A DNA stretch of 64,000 nucleotides from Flavobacterium sp. (GTDB lineage Bacteria; Bacteroidota; Bacteroidia; Flavobacteriales; Flavobacteriaceae): assembly GCF_046317795.1 (NCBI RefSeq), contig NZ_JBKCVI010000087.1:3438-67437 (forward strand). Direction: 5' to 3'. The stretch's first letter is position 1. Each line of letters starts with the position of its first letter. Below the pieces are notes generated by a model. The model worked only from the letters and a program-made list of their open reading frames with translations, ran no database searches and was not told where the DNA came from. This document shows positions 12,428-22,369 of this stretch, piece after piece. Made by a program: the position numbers and the translations under genes.

Positions 12428-12997
12428 ATGAAGAACCTGTTTTTTACTTTATTTCTGTTTACTAGTTTAGTTGCTTTGGCACAAAAACCTTGCGAAATTG
12501 ACACTAATGTAACTGATAGTTTGGGAACATATAAATTAACCAAACAACACATGATTTTTGAGAGAAGCTTTGCCGGAAATTCTACCAATATTTTCTTTGC
12601 CTTGTCAAGCAATAATGGCGTTTTAGGATTAGAAACCCAGCAATTATCGAGCAGTTTTGATTTTGTTAAAGCGGTATGTTTTGATAAAAATTCAAAAATT
12701 TATCTTCAATTAAATAATGGAAAAATTATTACTTTGCTATATGTTGGAAATGATACATGTGGCTCATTAATTCGAAATGATGCAAACAAAAATACAAGAG
12801 TTATAAGTGGTTTATTTGTGTTTTCCAAAGATAATTATGAGGATTTAAAAAAATCACCTGTAACCTTTATGAGAGTAAAATTTGCTGGAGAAACGATAGA
12901 TTATCCTTTTAAATCGGAATTTGTTTCCGAAATGGATAAAAAGAAATACGAACCGGAGAATTATTTCATCAACTATTTAAAATGCATCGAAGACTAA
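12428..12997 (+). CDS. Hypothetical secreted protein
   Basis: 189-aa ORF with signal peptide, co-oriented in operon. Confidence 0.7.
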   Translation: MKNLFFTLFLFTSLVALAQKPCEIDTNVTDSLGTYKLTKQHMIFERSFAGNSTNIFFALSSNNGVLGLETQQLSSSFDFVKAVCFDKNSKIYLQLNNGKIITLLYVGNDTCGSLIRNDANKNTRVISGLFVFSKDNYEDLKKSPVTFMRVKFAGETIDYPFKSEFVSEMDKKKYEPENYFINYLKCIED

Positions 12998-13659
12998 TTA
13001 CAATTCCATTTTAAATTCTCCACTTTATCGGTATTGCTTCCGTTTAAATTGTAATGCCACCATTCGGAGTCGAAAGATTTGAAGTTGTTTTGAAGCATTA
13101 TTTCTTTTAATAACTTTCTGTTCGCCAAAATTGTATCCGAGAGACTCAAATAATTATGACTGGCTTCTTTTCCGAAAAAGTCAAATTTGGTTCCCATATC
13201 TAGTTCAATACCATTGAAATCTACTAATGAAATATCCACTGCGCCACCACGATTGTGAATAGAACCTTTCTTTGGATTGGCAACAAAATTAGCATTGGGC
13301 ACTAGCTTCCACATCTTTTTCTGAATGGCTTTTGGGCGGTAGCAATCGTATAGTTTTATTTTGTACCCTTTTGCCAAAAACATTTTATTGGCTTCGAGCA
13401 ATGACTTTACTGTTTTTACTCTCAAGAAACATTCGGCACACGGATACACTTTTTCTTTGAGGAAATTATCGGCTGTGGCGTATTTCATATCATACACAAA
13501 ATCGTTACTGTAGTTTTTGAGATTTACAAACGCATTGCTGTTTTTTTCTTTTGAAATATCTAGTAGAACAGCTGATTTATTGGAATTAAGGTAGTTTGAT
13601 TTGCAGGACAATAGCAAAGATAGAATTAGAAGAAATGATATTTTAGTTAGACTTTTCAT
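12994..13659 (-). CDS. D-alanyl-D-alanine dipeptidase, peptidase M15D (VanX/DdpX-like), lipoprotein
   Basis: DCYRP, SIHNRGGAVD, EWWHY motifs; lipobox LLLSC. Confidence 0.9.
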   Translation of the reverse strand: MKSLTKISFLLILSLLLSCKSNYLNSNKSAVLLDISKEKNSNAFVNLKNYSNDFVYDMKYATADNFLKEKVYPCAECFLRVKTVKSLLEANKMFLAKGYKIKLYDCYRPKAIQKKMWKLVPNANFVANPKKGSIHNRGGAVDISLVDFNGIELDMGTKFDFFGKEASHNYLSLSDTILANRKLLKEIMLQNNFKSFDSEWWHYNLNGSNTDKVENLKWNCN

Positions 13660-14564
13660 TTATGCTTCAAATAATAATTATAGAGTATTACCATAGAATA
13701 TAAATCTTCATAAACATAATAACCTTTGGCAATTTTTTCTATTATTTGCGGACAATCAGAGAAAACTTCTCTTGCCTTTATTGAAAATTTTATCTGATTT
13801 ATATATATCATTTCTCCTTTTTTCTCAATATAAAGAAATCTGTTAACCATAAATTTATGCTCATAATTATTATAATTTTGTTTAATAAAGGATGAAGTGT
13901 TCTTATTTAAAATATCATCATAAAGCTTTATTTCATCATCTATTAACAACCTAATATAATCTTCTTTATTATCAAATATTTCTACTCTGGGCTTCTGTTT
14001 GAATCTGAAAATCTCATTTCTATATCTGTATGCCGTTATTTCATCCTTATTAATTTTAATTTTTTTTCCATGAAATTCTATGAATGGTATTCCAATTAAT
14101 GGATTAATAATATCTCCGTAAATAGTATCTTTTGATAAAGTAACAATATAGTCTTTCAATCTTTGCTGTCTACAAATAAAATTTCCATATTCAATGTTTA
14201 TTGATGTTGTGTCTTTTTTATCCAAAAAATATATCCCATCATTATTTTCTTTCTTTTCGAATTTATAAACCTTTCCTCTATATCTAAAAGAAGTTGTCTT
14301 TTTTAAATTATGTGATAAATAATTATTTTTCTGGTTCGACTTATTTTCTTCTATTAAACAAATTGGGTAACCGTTTCCTTGTGGAGCGGATTTAGGTCTA
14401 ACGCCAATACCAATTTCTGTATGATTAGACCGAATTATTCCATAAATAGTATCTCCTTTTTTATCGACAAAATAATCCAATAACTTCTCTTGCGAAAAGC
14501 TGCTAATAGCAACTAATAAAATAGAAATAAGTATTATTTTTTTCACGATATTAAACCTCATCAC
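13656..14564 (-). CDS. Hypothetical secreted protein with internal duplicated motif
   Basis: 302-aa ORF, signal peptide, ATGA-coupled to downstream gene; DY.V...DTIYG.I motif occurs twice. Confidence 0.65.
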   Translation of the reverse strand: MMRFNIVKKIILISILLVAISSFSQEKLLDYFVDKKGDTIYGIIRSNHTEIGIGVRPKSAPQGNGYPICLIEENKSNQKNNYLSHNLKKTTSFRYRGKVYKFEKKENNDGIYFLDKKDTTSINIEYGNFICRQQRLKDYIVTLSKDTIYGDIINPLIGIPFIEFHGKKIKINKDEITAYRYRNEIFRFKQKPRVEIFDNKEDYIRLLIDDEIKLYDDILNKNTSSFIKQNYNNYEHKFMVNRFLYIEKKGEMIYINQIKFSIKAREVFSDCPQIIEKIAKGYYVYEDLYSMVILYNYYLKHK

Positions 14565-15855
14565 TCGTAAACGAATTAAAATTTTTCTTTTTGAAAGGAC
14601 GAATTATCAATCGGCCTTCTCGATCAAACCAGATGTAATTATAAACCCAATTGAGGAAAACTACCGCTTTGTTTTTAAAACCTATCAAGGAAAATAAATG
14701 TACAAGCATCCATACAAACCAAGCAAAAACACCACTAAAATGATAACGTGGCAAGTCGACCACGGCGAGATTTCGTCCAATGGTTGCCATTGATCCTTTG
14801 TTATTGTATTCAAAAGCCGTCATTGGTTTTTTATTTATAAGTTTAATCAAATTTTCACCCAATAATTTCCCTTGTTGAATGGCAGGTTGCGCCATCATGG
14901 GATGACCATGAGGAAATAATTCGGTTTCCATGGAAGCAATATCGCCAATGGCAAAAATATTCTCATAACCTGCAACTTGATTGTATTGATTAACACGAAT
15001 TCGTTCAATTCTTTCCACTAATGATTTTGAATCCAAACCAGCAATTTTTGCCCCTTGAACTCCAGCTGCCCAAATAACGGTAGCGGTTTCAAAAGTCAAA
15101 TCAGAATTGGTGGTCACTGTTTTTCCATCATAATTGGTAACACGTACATTTTTCCAAACTTTTACACCTAAATCAACTAAGAATTTCTCAGCTGCGGCTG
15201 ACGATTTTTCACTCATTGTGTCCAAAACTCTTCCATCTCCTTGGACGAGATTAATTTGCATTTTGGCAATATCCAAATCGGGATAATCTTTTTGTAGAAT
15301 AGCTTTTTTCATTTCCGCCAAAGCTCCAGCAAGTTCAACACCTGTTGGGCCAGCACCAACGATCACAAAATTGATTAACATGCTTCGTTCTACCTCATCT
15401 TTTATCAAAACAGCTTGTTCAAAGTTCTCTAAAATCAAACTCCGAATATTCAAGGATTGTGGAATAGTTTTCATGGACATCGAATAGCGTTCAATATCTT
15501 TATTCCCAAAATAATTGGTTTTTGAACCTGTGGCAATTACTAAATAATCATAATGCAAATCGCCAATCTCTGAAATTATTTTTTGATTTACTGTATCAAT
15601 TTCTTTGACCGAAGTCAATCGAAAATAAAAATCTTTGTACTCTTGAATCACTTTCCGAATGGGATAGGCAATAGAACCTGCTTCCAAACCACCTGTTGCC
15701 ACTTGGTATAATAGCGGCTGAAATGTATGGTAATTGTGTTTGTCAAGTAAAACCACTTGAACGTTTTTATTCCTAAGTTTTTTGGCTAAGGCAATACCAG
15801 CAAAACCACCACCAATAATTATAACTCGTGGTTTTTTGGAAGTTGGAATATTCAT
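14551..15855 (-). CDS. ndh: Type II NADH dehydrogenase (NAD(P)/FAD-dependent oxidoreductase)
   Basis: GGGFAG, FQPLLYQVAT, GAGPTGVELAG, AQPAIQQG, KGSMATIGR. Confidence 0.9.
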   Translation of the reverse strand: MNIPTSKKPRVIIIGGGFAGIALAKKLRNKNVQVVLLDKHNYHTFQPLLYQVATGGLEAGSIAYPIRKVIQEYKDFYFRLTSVKEIDTVNQKIISEIGDLHYDYLVIATGSKTNYFGNKDIERYSMSMKTIPQSLNIRSLILENFEQAVLIKDEVERSMLINFVIVGAGPTGVELAGALAEMKKAILQKDYPDLDIAKMQINLVQGDGRVLDTMSEKSSAAAEKFLVDLGVKVWKNVRVTNYDGKTVTTNSDLTFETATVIWAAGVQGAKIAGLDSKSLVERIERIRVNQYNQVAGYENIFAIGDIASMETELFPHGHPMMAQPAIQQGKLLGENLIKLINKKPMTAFEYNNKGSMATIGRNLAVVDLPRYHFSGVFAWFVWMLVHLFSLIGFKNKAVVFLNWVYNYIWFDREGRLIIRPFKKKNFNSFTSDEV

Positions 15856-15864
15856 AATTAAAAG

Positions 15865-16185
15865 TTATTCTTCAATAGAAAAAGCAACATCGCCTTTCCA
15901 GTTCATAAATCCTCCCTCGAGATTGAAAGTGTGCTCAAAACCCATTTCATTCATTATTTGACAAGCTTGAGCACTTCTGCTTCCTGCCTTGCAATACACG
16001 TAATAATTCTTGGATTTATCCAACTCTTCAACTGCATGTATAAATCCTTGTCCTTTGTAAATATCAATATTTATAGCACTAGGAATTATACCATCGCTGC
16101 ACTCGTCTGGCGTTCTAACATCCAAAACTACCGAGTTCGTATCTCTTTCTAATCTTGATTTCCAATCTTGTTGTGATAAATTCAT
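15865..16185 (-). CDS. Rhodanese-like domain protein
   Basis: LDVRTPDE and active-site YCKAGSRS. Confidence 0.9.
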   Translation of the reverse strand: MNLSQQDWKSRLERDTNSVVLDVRTPDECSDGIIPSAINIDIYKGQGFIHAVEELDKSKNYYVYCKAGSRSAQACQIMNEMGFEHTFNLEGGFMNWKGDVAFSIEE

Positions 16186-16294
16186 TTTCTATTTTTTTTG
16201 AGAAACAAATATAACGATTTTACTAGTTTAAATTGGATTGGTCATGCCTCAAAATAGCATCTTTTAAAAGATTAACAAAAAAATAACATAACAC

Positions 16295-16336
16295 TTGTAT
16301 ATACAAATAAAAAACTATTTACATTTGTATCTACAA
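16295..16336. promoter_or_regulatory. Two TTGTA-N2-TACAA palindromes flanking/overlapping a TACATTTG -7 box (16320-16327); putative MarR operators
   Basis: TTGTATATACAA (16295-16306) and TTGTATCTACAA (16325-16336) directly upstream of marR. Confidence 0.55.
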
Positions 16337-16343
16337 CTATTGT

Positions 16344-16811
16344 ATGGTTATAATGAAAATTGAAGAAATAATAAAATCAAACATAACATTAAAGGATGCT
16401 AAAAAAGTAATTCTTAACATTTTGTATACTCAAAATGTTATCAATGATAAGTTTAATGAGATTTTAAAACCTAATGATTTATCGAGTGAGCAATACAATG
16501 TATTAAGAATTCTTCGTGGTCAAAAAGGTTCTCCTGCTAACATGTGTGTGATACAAGAGCGAATGCTTGCTAAAAATAGTAACACTACCCGATTGATTGA
16601 CAAACTATTGCTTAAAAAGTATGTAACGAGAGAAGTTTGCCCAAATAATAGGAGGAAAATTGAAGTATTAATTACCCAAAAAGGGCTAGATATTCTTACC
16701 GACTTAGATCCAAAAGTTGAAGAACACGAACATTTTTTTGCAGCTAATTTAGAAGCAGAAGAGCTGGAGAAATTAAACTATTTACTAGAAAAATATAGAA
16801 ACATAAAATAA
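16344..16811 (+). CDS. MarR family transcriptional regulator (start may be 16353)
   Basis: LSSEQYNVLRILRG, TTRLIDKL...REVCPNNRR...ITQKG winged-HTH signature. Confidence 0.9.
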   Translation: MVIMKIEEIIKSNITLKDAKKVILNILYTQNVINDKFNEILKPNDLSSEQYNVLRILRGQKGSPANMCVIQERMLAKNSNTTRLIDKLLLKKYVTREVCPNNRRKIEVLITQKGLDILTDLDPKVEEHEHFFAANLEAEELEKLNYLLEKYRNIK

Positions 16812-16824
16812 ATACAATTACAAA

Positions 16825-17457
16825 ATGAGCAATTTTATTAATGATGCCAATTGGCGTTATGCTACCAAAAAATTTGATAGTACAAAAAAAGTATCAACAG
16901 AAGACCTAAAAACTTTAAAAGAAGCCATTCGTCTATCAGCTTCTTCATATGGTTTACAACCTTACAAGGTTTTTATAATTGAAAACCCTGAATTAAGAGC
17001 AAAAATTCAACCTGCAGCATGGGGACAATCTCAAATTGTAGATGCTTCGCAACTAATTGTATTTGCAAATATGACAAACTTTAGTGATAAAGATATTGAT
17101 GTTAGTTTATCCTTAACTACTGAAACAAGAGGTTTGCCAGCTGATGCGCTGAAAGGTTATGGCGATTTTATGAAGTCAAAAATTGGTGTACTTTCAGAAG
17201 ACGTTAGAAATACTTGGACTTCTAAACAAACGTATTTAGCACTAGGAAATTTGTTAAATGCAGCAGCCGAATTAAGAATAGATGTTACGCCTATCGAAGG
17301 TTTTGAACCCGATAAAGTGAATGAAATTCTTGGGTTAAAACAATTAGGTTTAAACGCTAGTGTATTAGCAACTATTGGATACCGTCATAAAGATGATGCG
17401 ACACAAAATTATGTCAAAGTACGTAAATCAAATGAAGAACTATTTATCAATTTATAA
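16825..17457 (+). CDS. Nitroreductase family NAD(P)H-dependent oxidoreductase
   Basis: WRYATKKFD, SASSYGLQP, TPIEGF motifs. Confidence 0.92.
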   Translation: MSNFINDANWRYATKKFDSTKKVSTEDLKTLKEAIRLSASSYGLQPYKVFIIENPELRAKIQPAAWGQSQIVDASQLIVFANMTNFSDKDIDVSLSLTTETRGLPADALKGYGDFMKSKIGVLSEDVRNTWTSKQTYLALGNLLNAAAELRIDVTPIEGFEPDKVNEILGLKQLGLNASVLATIGYRHKDDATQNYVKVRKSNEELFINL

Positions 17458-17481
17458 TCAATAATTAAAACAATTAAAAAA

Positions 17482-18051
17482 ATGAAAAATCTAAAAACAA
17501 TTGCAATTGCATTATTAGTAGCTTTTGGAACAACTGCTGTTTCTGCACAAAACAAAAAAATCAACCTTGAAAAAAGTAAAATCAACTGGGTTGGAGAAAA
17601 AGTAACTGGAAAACATTCGGGTACCATTAATTTCAAAGATGGTGTTTTAGTATTCCAAAAAGACAAACTTGCCGGTGGAATTTTCACAGTAAATATGGCT
17701 TCCATTACTGTTACCGATTTAGAACCAGGAGAAGGAAAAGAAGATTTAGAAGATCACTTGAAAGCAGATGATTTTTTTGGAACTGATAAATTTAATACTG
17801 CAAAAATTGAATTTAAAACTATTGCTACAAAATCAAAAGAATTATACACTGTTACAGCCGATTTAACCATCAAAGGAATTACAAAACCTGTAACTTTTGA
17901 TATGAATGTTAAGGGAAATACTGCTTCAACCACGTTCAAAGTAGACAGAACAAAATATGACATCAAATATGGTTCAAAAAGCTTCTTTGAAAGCATTGGA
18001 GATAAAGCTATTTATGACGAATTCGAATTAGCTGTTACCCTACAGTTCTAA
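17482..18051 (+). CDS. YceI family protein
   Basis: Signal peptide; HLKADDFF, LTIKGITKPV, VDRTKYDIKYGS. Confidence 0.92.
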   Translation: MKNLKTIAIALLVAFGTTAVSAQNKKINLEKSKINWVGEKVTGKHSGTINFKDGVLVFQKDKLAGGIFTVNMASITVTDLEPGEGKEDLEDHLKADDFFGTDKFNTAKIEFKTIATKSKELYTVTADLTIKGITKPVTFDMNVKGNTASTTFKVDRTKYDIKYGSKSFFESIGDKAIYDEFELAVTLQF

Positions 18052-18078
18052 TTAGATTTAATAATTTTTAAAAAATTC

Positions 18079-18109
18079 AAACCTCGGAAAGCCATTTTCG
18101 AGGTTTTTT
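18079..18109 (+). terminator. Intrinsic terminator after yceI
   Basis: AAACCTCGGAAA-gcca-TTTTCGAGGTTT plus T tract. Confidence 0.75.
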
Positions 18110-18176
18110 AATGAATACATGATCATATCCAAGCTCAATACTTCTTGTTTTAATTTAATGTAGTTAACTTTATACC

Positions 18177-18746
18177 ATGAAAAGAATTGCAATTATTGAC
18201 AATTACGACAGTTTTACTTTCAACTTGGTTCATTTTTTAGAAGATTTGAATGTATCAGTAACTGTCTTTAGAAACAATGAATTTGAATTGGATGAATTAG
18301 TAAAATTTGACAAAATTCTACTTTCACCTGGACCCGGAATTCCCGATGAAGCTGGATTATTAAAAGCGGTTATTTCAAAATATGCCGAAAGCAAAAGTAT
18401 TCTCGGTGTTTGTTTAGGGCAACAAGCCATTGCCGAAGTTTTTGGCGGTACTTTAATCAACTTGGATAAGGTTTTTCATGGTGTTGCTACCAAAGTAACA
18501 AAATCGGTTACTGATGAAGCTTTATTTGACAAACTACCAAACGAGTTTGATGTGGGTCGCTATCATTCTTGGGTAGTCAATAATGATAATTTTCCAGATG
18601 TTCTAGAAATCACCTCAACAGATGAAAGCGGACAAATCATGTCGTTGCGTCACAAAACTCTTGATGTAAAAGGAGTGCAATTCCATCCCGAAAGTATTTT
18701 AACACCTTTTGGTAAACAAATTTTAAAAAATTGGATAATAAATTAA
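18177..18746 (+). CDS. trpG: Glutamine amidotransferase, anthranilate/aminodeoxychorismate synthase component II (TrpG/PabA)
   Basis: IDNYDSFT, LSPGPG, GVCLG, GRYHS, QFHPES motifs. Confidence 0.92.
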   Translation: MKRIAIIDNYDSFTFNLVHFLEDLNVSVTVFRNNEFELDELVKFDKILLSPGPGIPDEAGLLKAVISKYAESKSILGVCLGQQAIAEVFGGTLINLDKVFHGVATKVTKSVTDEALFDKLPNEFDVGRYHSWVVNNDNFPDVLEITSTDESGQIMSLRHKTLDVKGVQFHPESILTPFGKQILKNWIIN

Positions 18747-19223
18747 TCTAAAATTACTGATATTCTTGATATTAAATACCACAACCAGCAGTATTAGTTT
18801 ACAATATTAATTAAGTAGTAGTGCGATGAAAATAAGGATAGTTTTGATGAAAATCAAATGAACTATTTTGAGTGAATTGATAATATAAATTTGAAAAATC
18901 CTAAAATAACTGGCTTCAGAATAAGCAATAAAACATCAAAAAGGCGCTTTTATTGGCGGTAGTTCTGTCCAATACATTTCAAAGAACGGATTTCATTTTA
19001 ATAAAAATAATATGTATAATTCACTTTAAGTAAAATAAAATAATAAATTGATATACAAATAATTAAACATTTACTATAGATTTCACTTATACTGTTCTTA
19101 TTTTGATAATTGTATTAATTTTATTTAGCTAATTAGTTAGTTATCAACAATTTTGCAATTGTTACTATACATTTTCCTAAATTTGTTTTTACTTGTCAAA
19201 CCAACAACTAAAACCAAACTATT

Positions 19224-19571
19224 ATGGGACTTTTTAATACTCATGAAAAAAAAGTAATCACCGAACTCTGCCGAAAGAGTGAAGAAATAGGCAAAGACGT
19301 TAGCAGAGAAATAGACGAACTCTTTGACGATTTAAAAACTGATTATGACGAAAACAAAATTGTTATTAAAGAGTTTAATGATTTTGTAAACGAAATAGAA
19401 ACTAAACTTTCACCCCAAGATTTAGAGAAGCTTCACTCCTTTTCTTCTCGGCTGTACAAAGTAAAACGTTGTGCCAAAAAAGGTGTTGAAGCCATTCGAG
19501 AAATAGCTAGGGAACAAAAAAAAGCTACCAAAGAAACTGTTAGAGAGCATCAAGAATATTTATACACCTAA
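19224..19571 (+). CDS. Hypothetical coiled-coil protein
   Basis: 115-aa charged helical ORF, A-rich start context, TAAATTTG box upstream. Confidence 0.7.
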   Translation: MGLFNTHEKKVITELCRKSEEIGKDVSREIDELFDDLKTDYDENKIVIKEFNDFVNEIETKLSPQDLEKLHSFSSRLYKVKRCAKKGVEAIREIAREQKKATKETVREHQEYLYT

Positions 19572-19572
19572 A

Positions 19573-20331
19573 TTATCTTGTAAACACAATCGAATTTTCT
19601 TTGCTCAAGTTTGCGTCAAAAGTATACCCTTCATAGTTAAATCCTTTTAGGTCGTCGATAGTTTTTGCATTGGAGTCAATGATATAACGAACCATCATTC
19701 CCCTCGCCTTTTTAGCAAAAAAACTAATCATCTTAAGTTTACCGTCCTTATAATCTCTAAACTCTGGAGTAATTACTTGAACTTTCAAAGTCTTAGAATC
19801 TACCGCACTGAAATACTCATTACTAGCCAAGTTGATAAACAGTTCATCTTTTTGTAATTCATCATTTAAAGATTTGGTAATGGTTTTTTTCCAAAACTCG
19901 TATAAGTTTTTGTTTTTGCCAATCGCCATTGAAGTTCCCATTTCTAATCGATACGGCTGCATTAAATCCAACGGTTTAAGCAAACCGTACAATCCTGATA
20001 AAATTCGGAGTTTGTCCTGCAAAACGGCTAATTTGTCTAATGGTAAACTATAAACATCCAATCCTGCATACACATCACCATCAAAAGCAAAAACAGCTTG
20101 TCTGGAATTTTGCAAAGTAAAAGGTGTTTCCCATTCCTGATTGCGTTGCCAATTTAATTCGGCCAATTTCTCTGAAATATCCATTAACTCAGAAAGTTGC
20201 TTTGGTTTTTTCTTTTTTAACGTATTTTGAATAGTAGCAGCTTGTTTTAAAAACTGTGGTTCAGTGAAACTCATAGTCGGTAATGCTTTTTCAAAGTTTA
20301 AAGATTTGGCTGGAGATATAACGATTTTCAT
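19573..20331 (-). CDS. yaaA: Peroxide stress protein YaaA (UPF0246)
   Basis: ISPAKSL, FDGDVY, SGLYGLL, YRLEMG, NLASNEY, KKARG. Confidence 0.95.
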   Translation of the reverse strand: MKIVISPAKSLNFEKALPTMSFTEPQFLKQAATIQNTLKKKKPKQLSELMDISEKLAELNWQRNQEWETPFTLQNSRQAVFAFDGDVYAGLDVYSLPLDKLAVLQDKLRILSGLYGLLKPLDLMQPYRLEMGTSMAIGKNKNLYEFWKKTITKSLNDELQKDELFINLASNEYFSAVDSKTLKVQVITPEFRDYKDGKLKMISFFAKKARGMMVRYIIDSNAKTIDDLKGFNYEGYTFDANLSKENSIVFTR

Positions 20332-20431
20332 AATTTATTTTTATAAGTCAAAAATACGATTAATTATGATAATAAAAAGCGATAGCAAAATCTTAATTTA
20401 TCTATATTTGCCTAACTAAATCGATATAGTA

Positions 20432-21859
20432 ATGGAAGAATGCATCTCCGTTTTTGATATGCTAAAAATAGGTGTCGGACCATCAAGTTCCCATACTCTC
20501 GGACCATGGCGAGCCGCAGAACGTTTTCTCAACGAACTAAAAGCAGAAAACCTGTTAGACAAAACTACCAAAGTAAAAATTGATTTATACGGTTCGCTTT
20601 CCCTCACCGGAAAAGGACATGCTACAGATTATGCTGTGATGCTTGGACTGAGTGGTCAAGACCCAGAATACATTCCAGTAAAAAATATTGATAATATTGT
20701 ACAAACCATAAAAAAAACACATCAAATCAAATTAGCTAACGAACTAATGATACCATTTGATGCTGAAACCGATATTGTTTTCAATAAAAACTTTTTGCCG
20801 TTTCATGCTAATGGGTTGACTTTTACAGCTTATTTGATGGATGTTACAGAATATACCTCTACCTTCTACTCTATCGGTGGCGGATTTGTAGTCAAAGAAG
20901 AAAGGGTGAATGCCAAAAAGAAACTAGTCATAAAATGCGCCTTTCCTTTTCTTGTTGAAAATGCCGCTGATTTGCTGCAATATGCTATAACTGAGAATAA
21001 ATTAATCTCGGAGATTGTATATGCCAATGAAATCTCCATGCGTCCCGAAGCCGAGGTGCATAACGAACTAATTCGTATTTGGGAAACCATGCTCGAATGT
21101 ATGTATATCGGTTGTCACTCCGAAGGTATTTTGCCTGGTGGTTTAAATGTAAGACGACGCGCTTTTGATATGCATCAAGGTTTGATTGGTTTAGCCAATT
21201 ATACCAATCCACAAGAATGGTTAGAAACTATTCGAAAAACAGAAGTGAAGTTTAGACAAATTTTAAAATGGGTTTCCTGTTTTGCCTTAGCAGTAAACGA
21301 AGTTAATGCTGCATTGGGAAGAGTAGTCACTGCTCCGACTAATGGAAGTGCAGGTGTGATACCAGCCGTTCTAATGTATTATTTAGTAATTGAAAATCAT
21401 CAAGCTGGAGAAAAAGAAATAAAACAATTCTTGATGGTAGCGGGTGAAATTGGAAGTATCTTTAAAAAAGGTTCTACCATATCGGCTGCTATGGGTGGCT
21501 GTCAGGCAGAAATTGGCGTTTCGTCTGCTATGGCTGCTGCTGCACTTTGTGAAGTTATGGGTGGCACACCAGAACAAGTTTTAATGGCTGCCGAAATCGC
21601 TATGGAACATCACTTAGGGCTAACCTGCGACCCGATTGGCGGTTTGGTTCAAATTCCGTGTATAGAACGAAATACTATGGGAGCTATCAAAGCCATTAAC
21701 GCGGCAGAACTCGCCATGGAAACTGATGCTAAAAATGCCAAAGTACCATTGGATAAAGTAATTGATACGATGTGGCAAACGGCAAAAGACATGAACTCTA
21801 AATACAAAGAAACCTCCGAAGGCGGATTGGCTGTGGCGGTGAATATGGCGGATTGTTAA
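20432..21859 (+). CDS. sdaA: L-serine ammonia-lyase (Fe-S dependent)
   Basis: IGVGPSSSHT, APTNGSAG, GGCQAEIG, EHHLGLTCDP, PCIERN, ETSEGGLA. Confidence 0.96.
   Translation: MEECISVFDMLKIGVGPSSSHTLGPWRAAERFLNELKAENLLDKTTKVKIDLYGSLSLTGKGHATDYAVMLGLSGQDPEYIPVKNIDNIVQTIKKTHQIKLANELMIPFDAETDIVFNKNFLPFHANGLTFTAYLMDVTEYTSTFYSIGGGFVVKEERVNAKKKLVIKCAFPFLVENAADLLQYAITENKLISEIVYANEISMRPEAEVHNELIRIWETMLECMYIGCHSEGILPGGLNVRRRAFDMHQGLIGLANYTNPQEWLETIRKTEVKFRQILKWVSCFALAVNEVNAALGRVVTAPTNGSAGVIPAVLMYYLVIENHQAGEKEIKQFLMVAGEIGSIFKKGSTISAAMGGCQAEIGVSSAMAAAALCEVMGGTPEQVLMAAEIAMEHHLGLTCDPIGGLVQIPCIERNTMGAIKAINAAELAMETDAKNAKVPLDKVIDTMWQTAKDMNSKYKETSEGGLAVAVNMADC
21841..21858 (+). repeat. 18-bp direct repeat, left copy (3' end of sdaA)
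   Basis: GAATATGGCGGATTGTTA, identical to 25303-25320. Confidence 0.9.
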
Positions 21860-21920
21860 TTTGTTGCTAAACCACCCAAAAGCTTCGTTTTAAATCTGAT
21901 TTTAAAGTGAATAAAAAAAG

Positions 21921-22046
21921 TGCAAAGTCAGGTTCCGATAACTATCTGAATTGTGCAGCTTTTATAGAACTCTTTGTGGAGTTGGCATAATAATTTTTGA
22001 GAAAGAAAAATGTGAATTTTGCGCATTTTTCGGCATTTCTTGAAAC
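21921..22046. repeat. Inter-cassette repeat A1 (chimera: 21921-21984 matches A4, 21953-22046 matches A2)
   Basis: Core GTGCAGCTTTTATAGAACTCTTTGTGGAG at 21953-21981; 58/64 identical to 24414-24477; 89/94 identical to 22786-22879. Confidence 0.92.
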
Positions 22047-22051
22047 GGCTA

Positions 22052-22357
22052 TTATGCAACGTTTTTTTCTTTTCTGATACTATTAATTCTATTTACTTCG
22101 CTTTGTTTTTCAATCAATTCATTTTCTATATCATAGTCATCTTGAATACCCAACCAAAATTTTGCCGAGTTTCCGAAATATGCACTCAATCTTACAGCAG
22201 TATCAGCAGAAATTCTTCTGTTACCTTTAATTATTTCAGAAATCCTTGTTTGCGGAATATCTAAGTCTTTAGAAAGTCTGTATTGCGTAATTTGTAAAGG
22301 AATTAAAAATTCTTCTAATAAAATTTCTCCAGGTGTTATGTTTTTTAGCTTTTCCAT
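22052..22357 (-). CDS. higA: HigA family antitoxin (HTH)
   Basis: ITPGEILLEEFL...TQYRL...RISEIIKGNRRISADTA..L..YFG..A.FWL..Q. Confidence 0.92.
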   Translation of the reverse strand: MEKLKNITPGEILLEEFLIPLQITQYRLSKDLDIPQTRISEIIKGNRRISADTAVRLSAYFGNSAKFWLGIQDDYDIENELIEKQSEVNRINSIRKEKNVA

Positions 22358-22369
22358 TTTTCTATATTT

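Noticed and set aside
18750-19220. AT-rich gap as a possible gene remnant
   Set aside because: All frames I read are stop-riddled, with no recognisable trpD or other homology.
21980-22010. dif/pdif-like site (AGTTGGCATAA resembles a XerC arm); similar ATTTCGCATAA near 60100
   Set aside because: No XerD arm (TTATGTTAAAT-like) at the 6-bp spacing.
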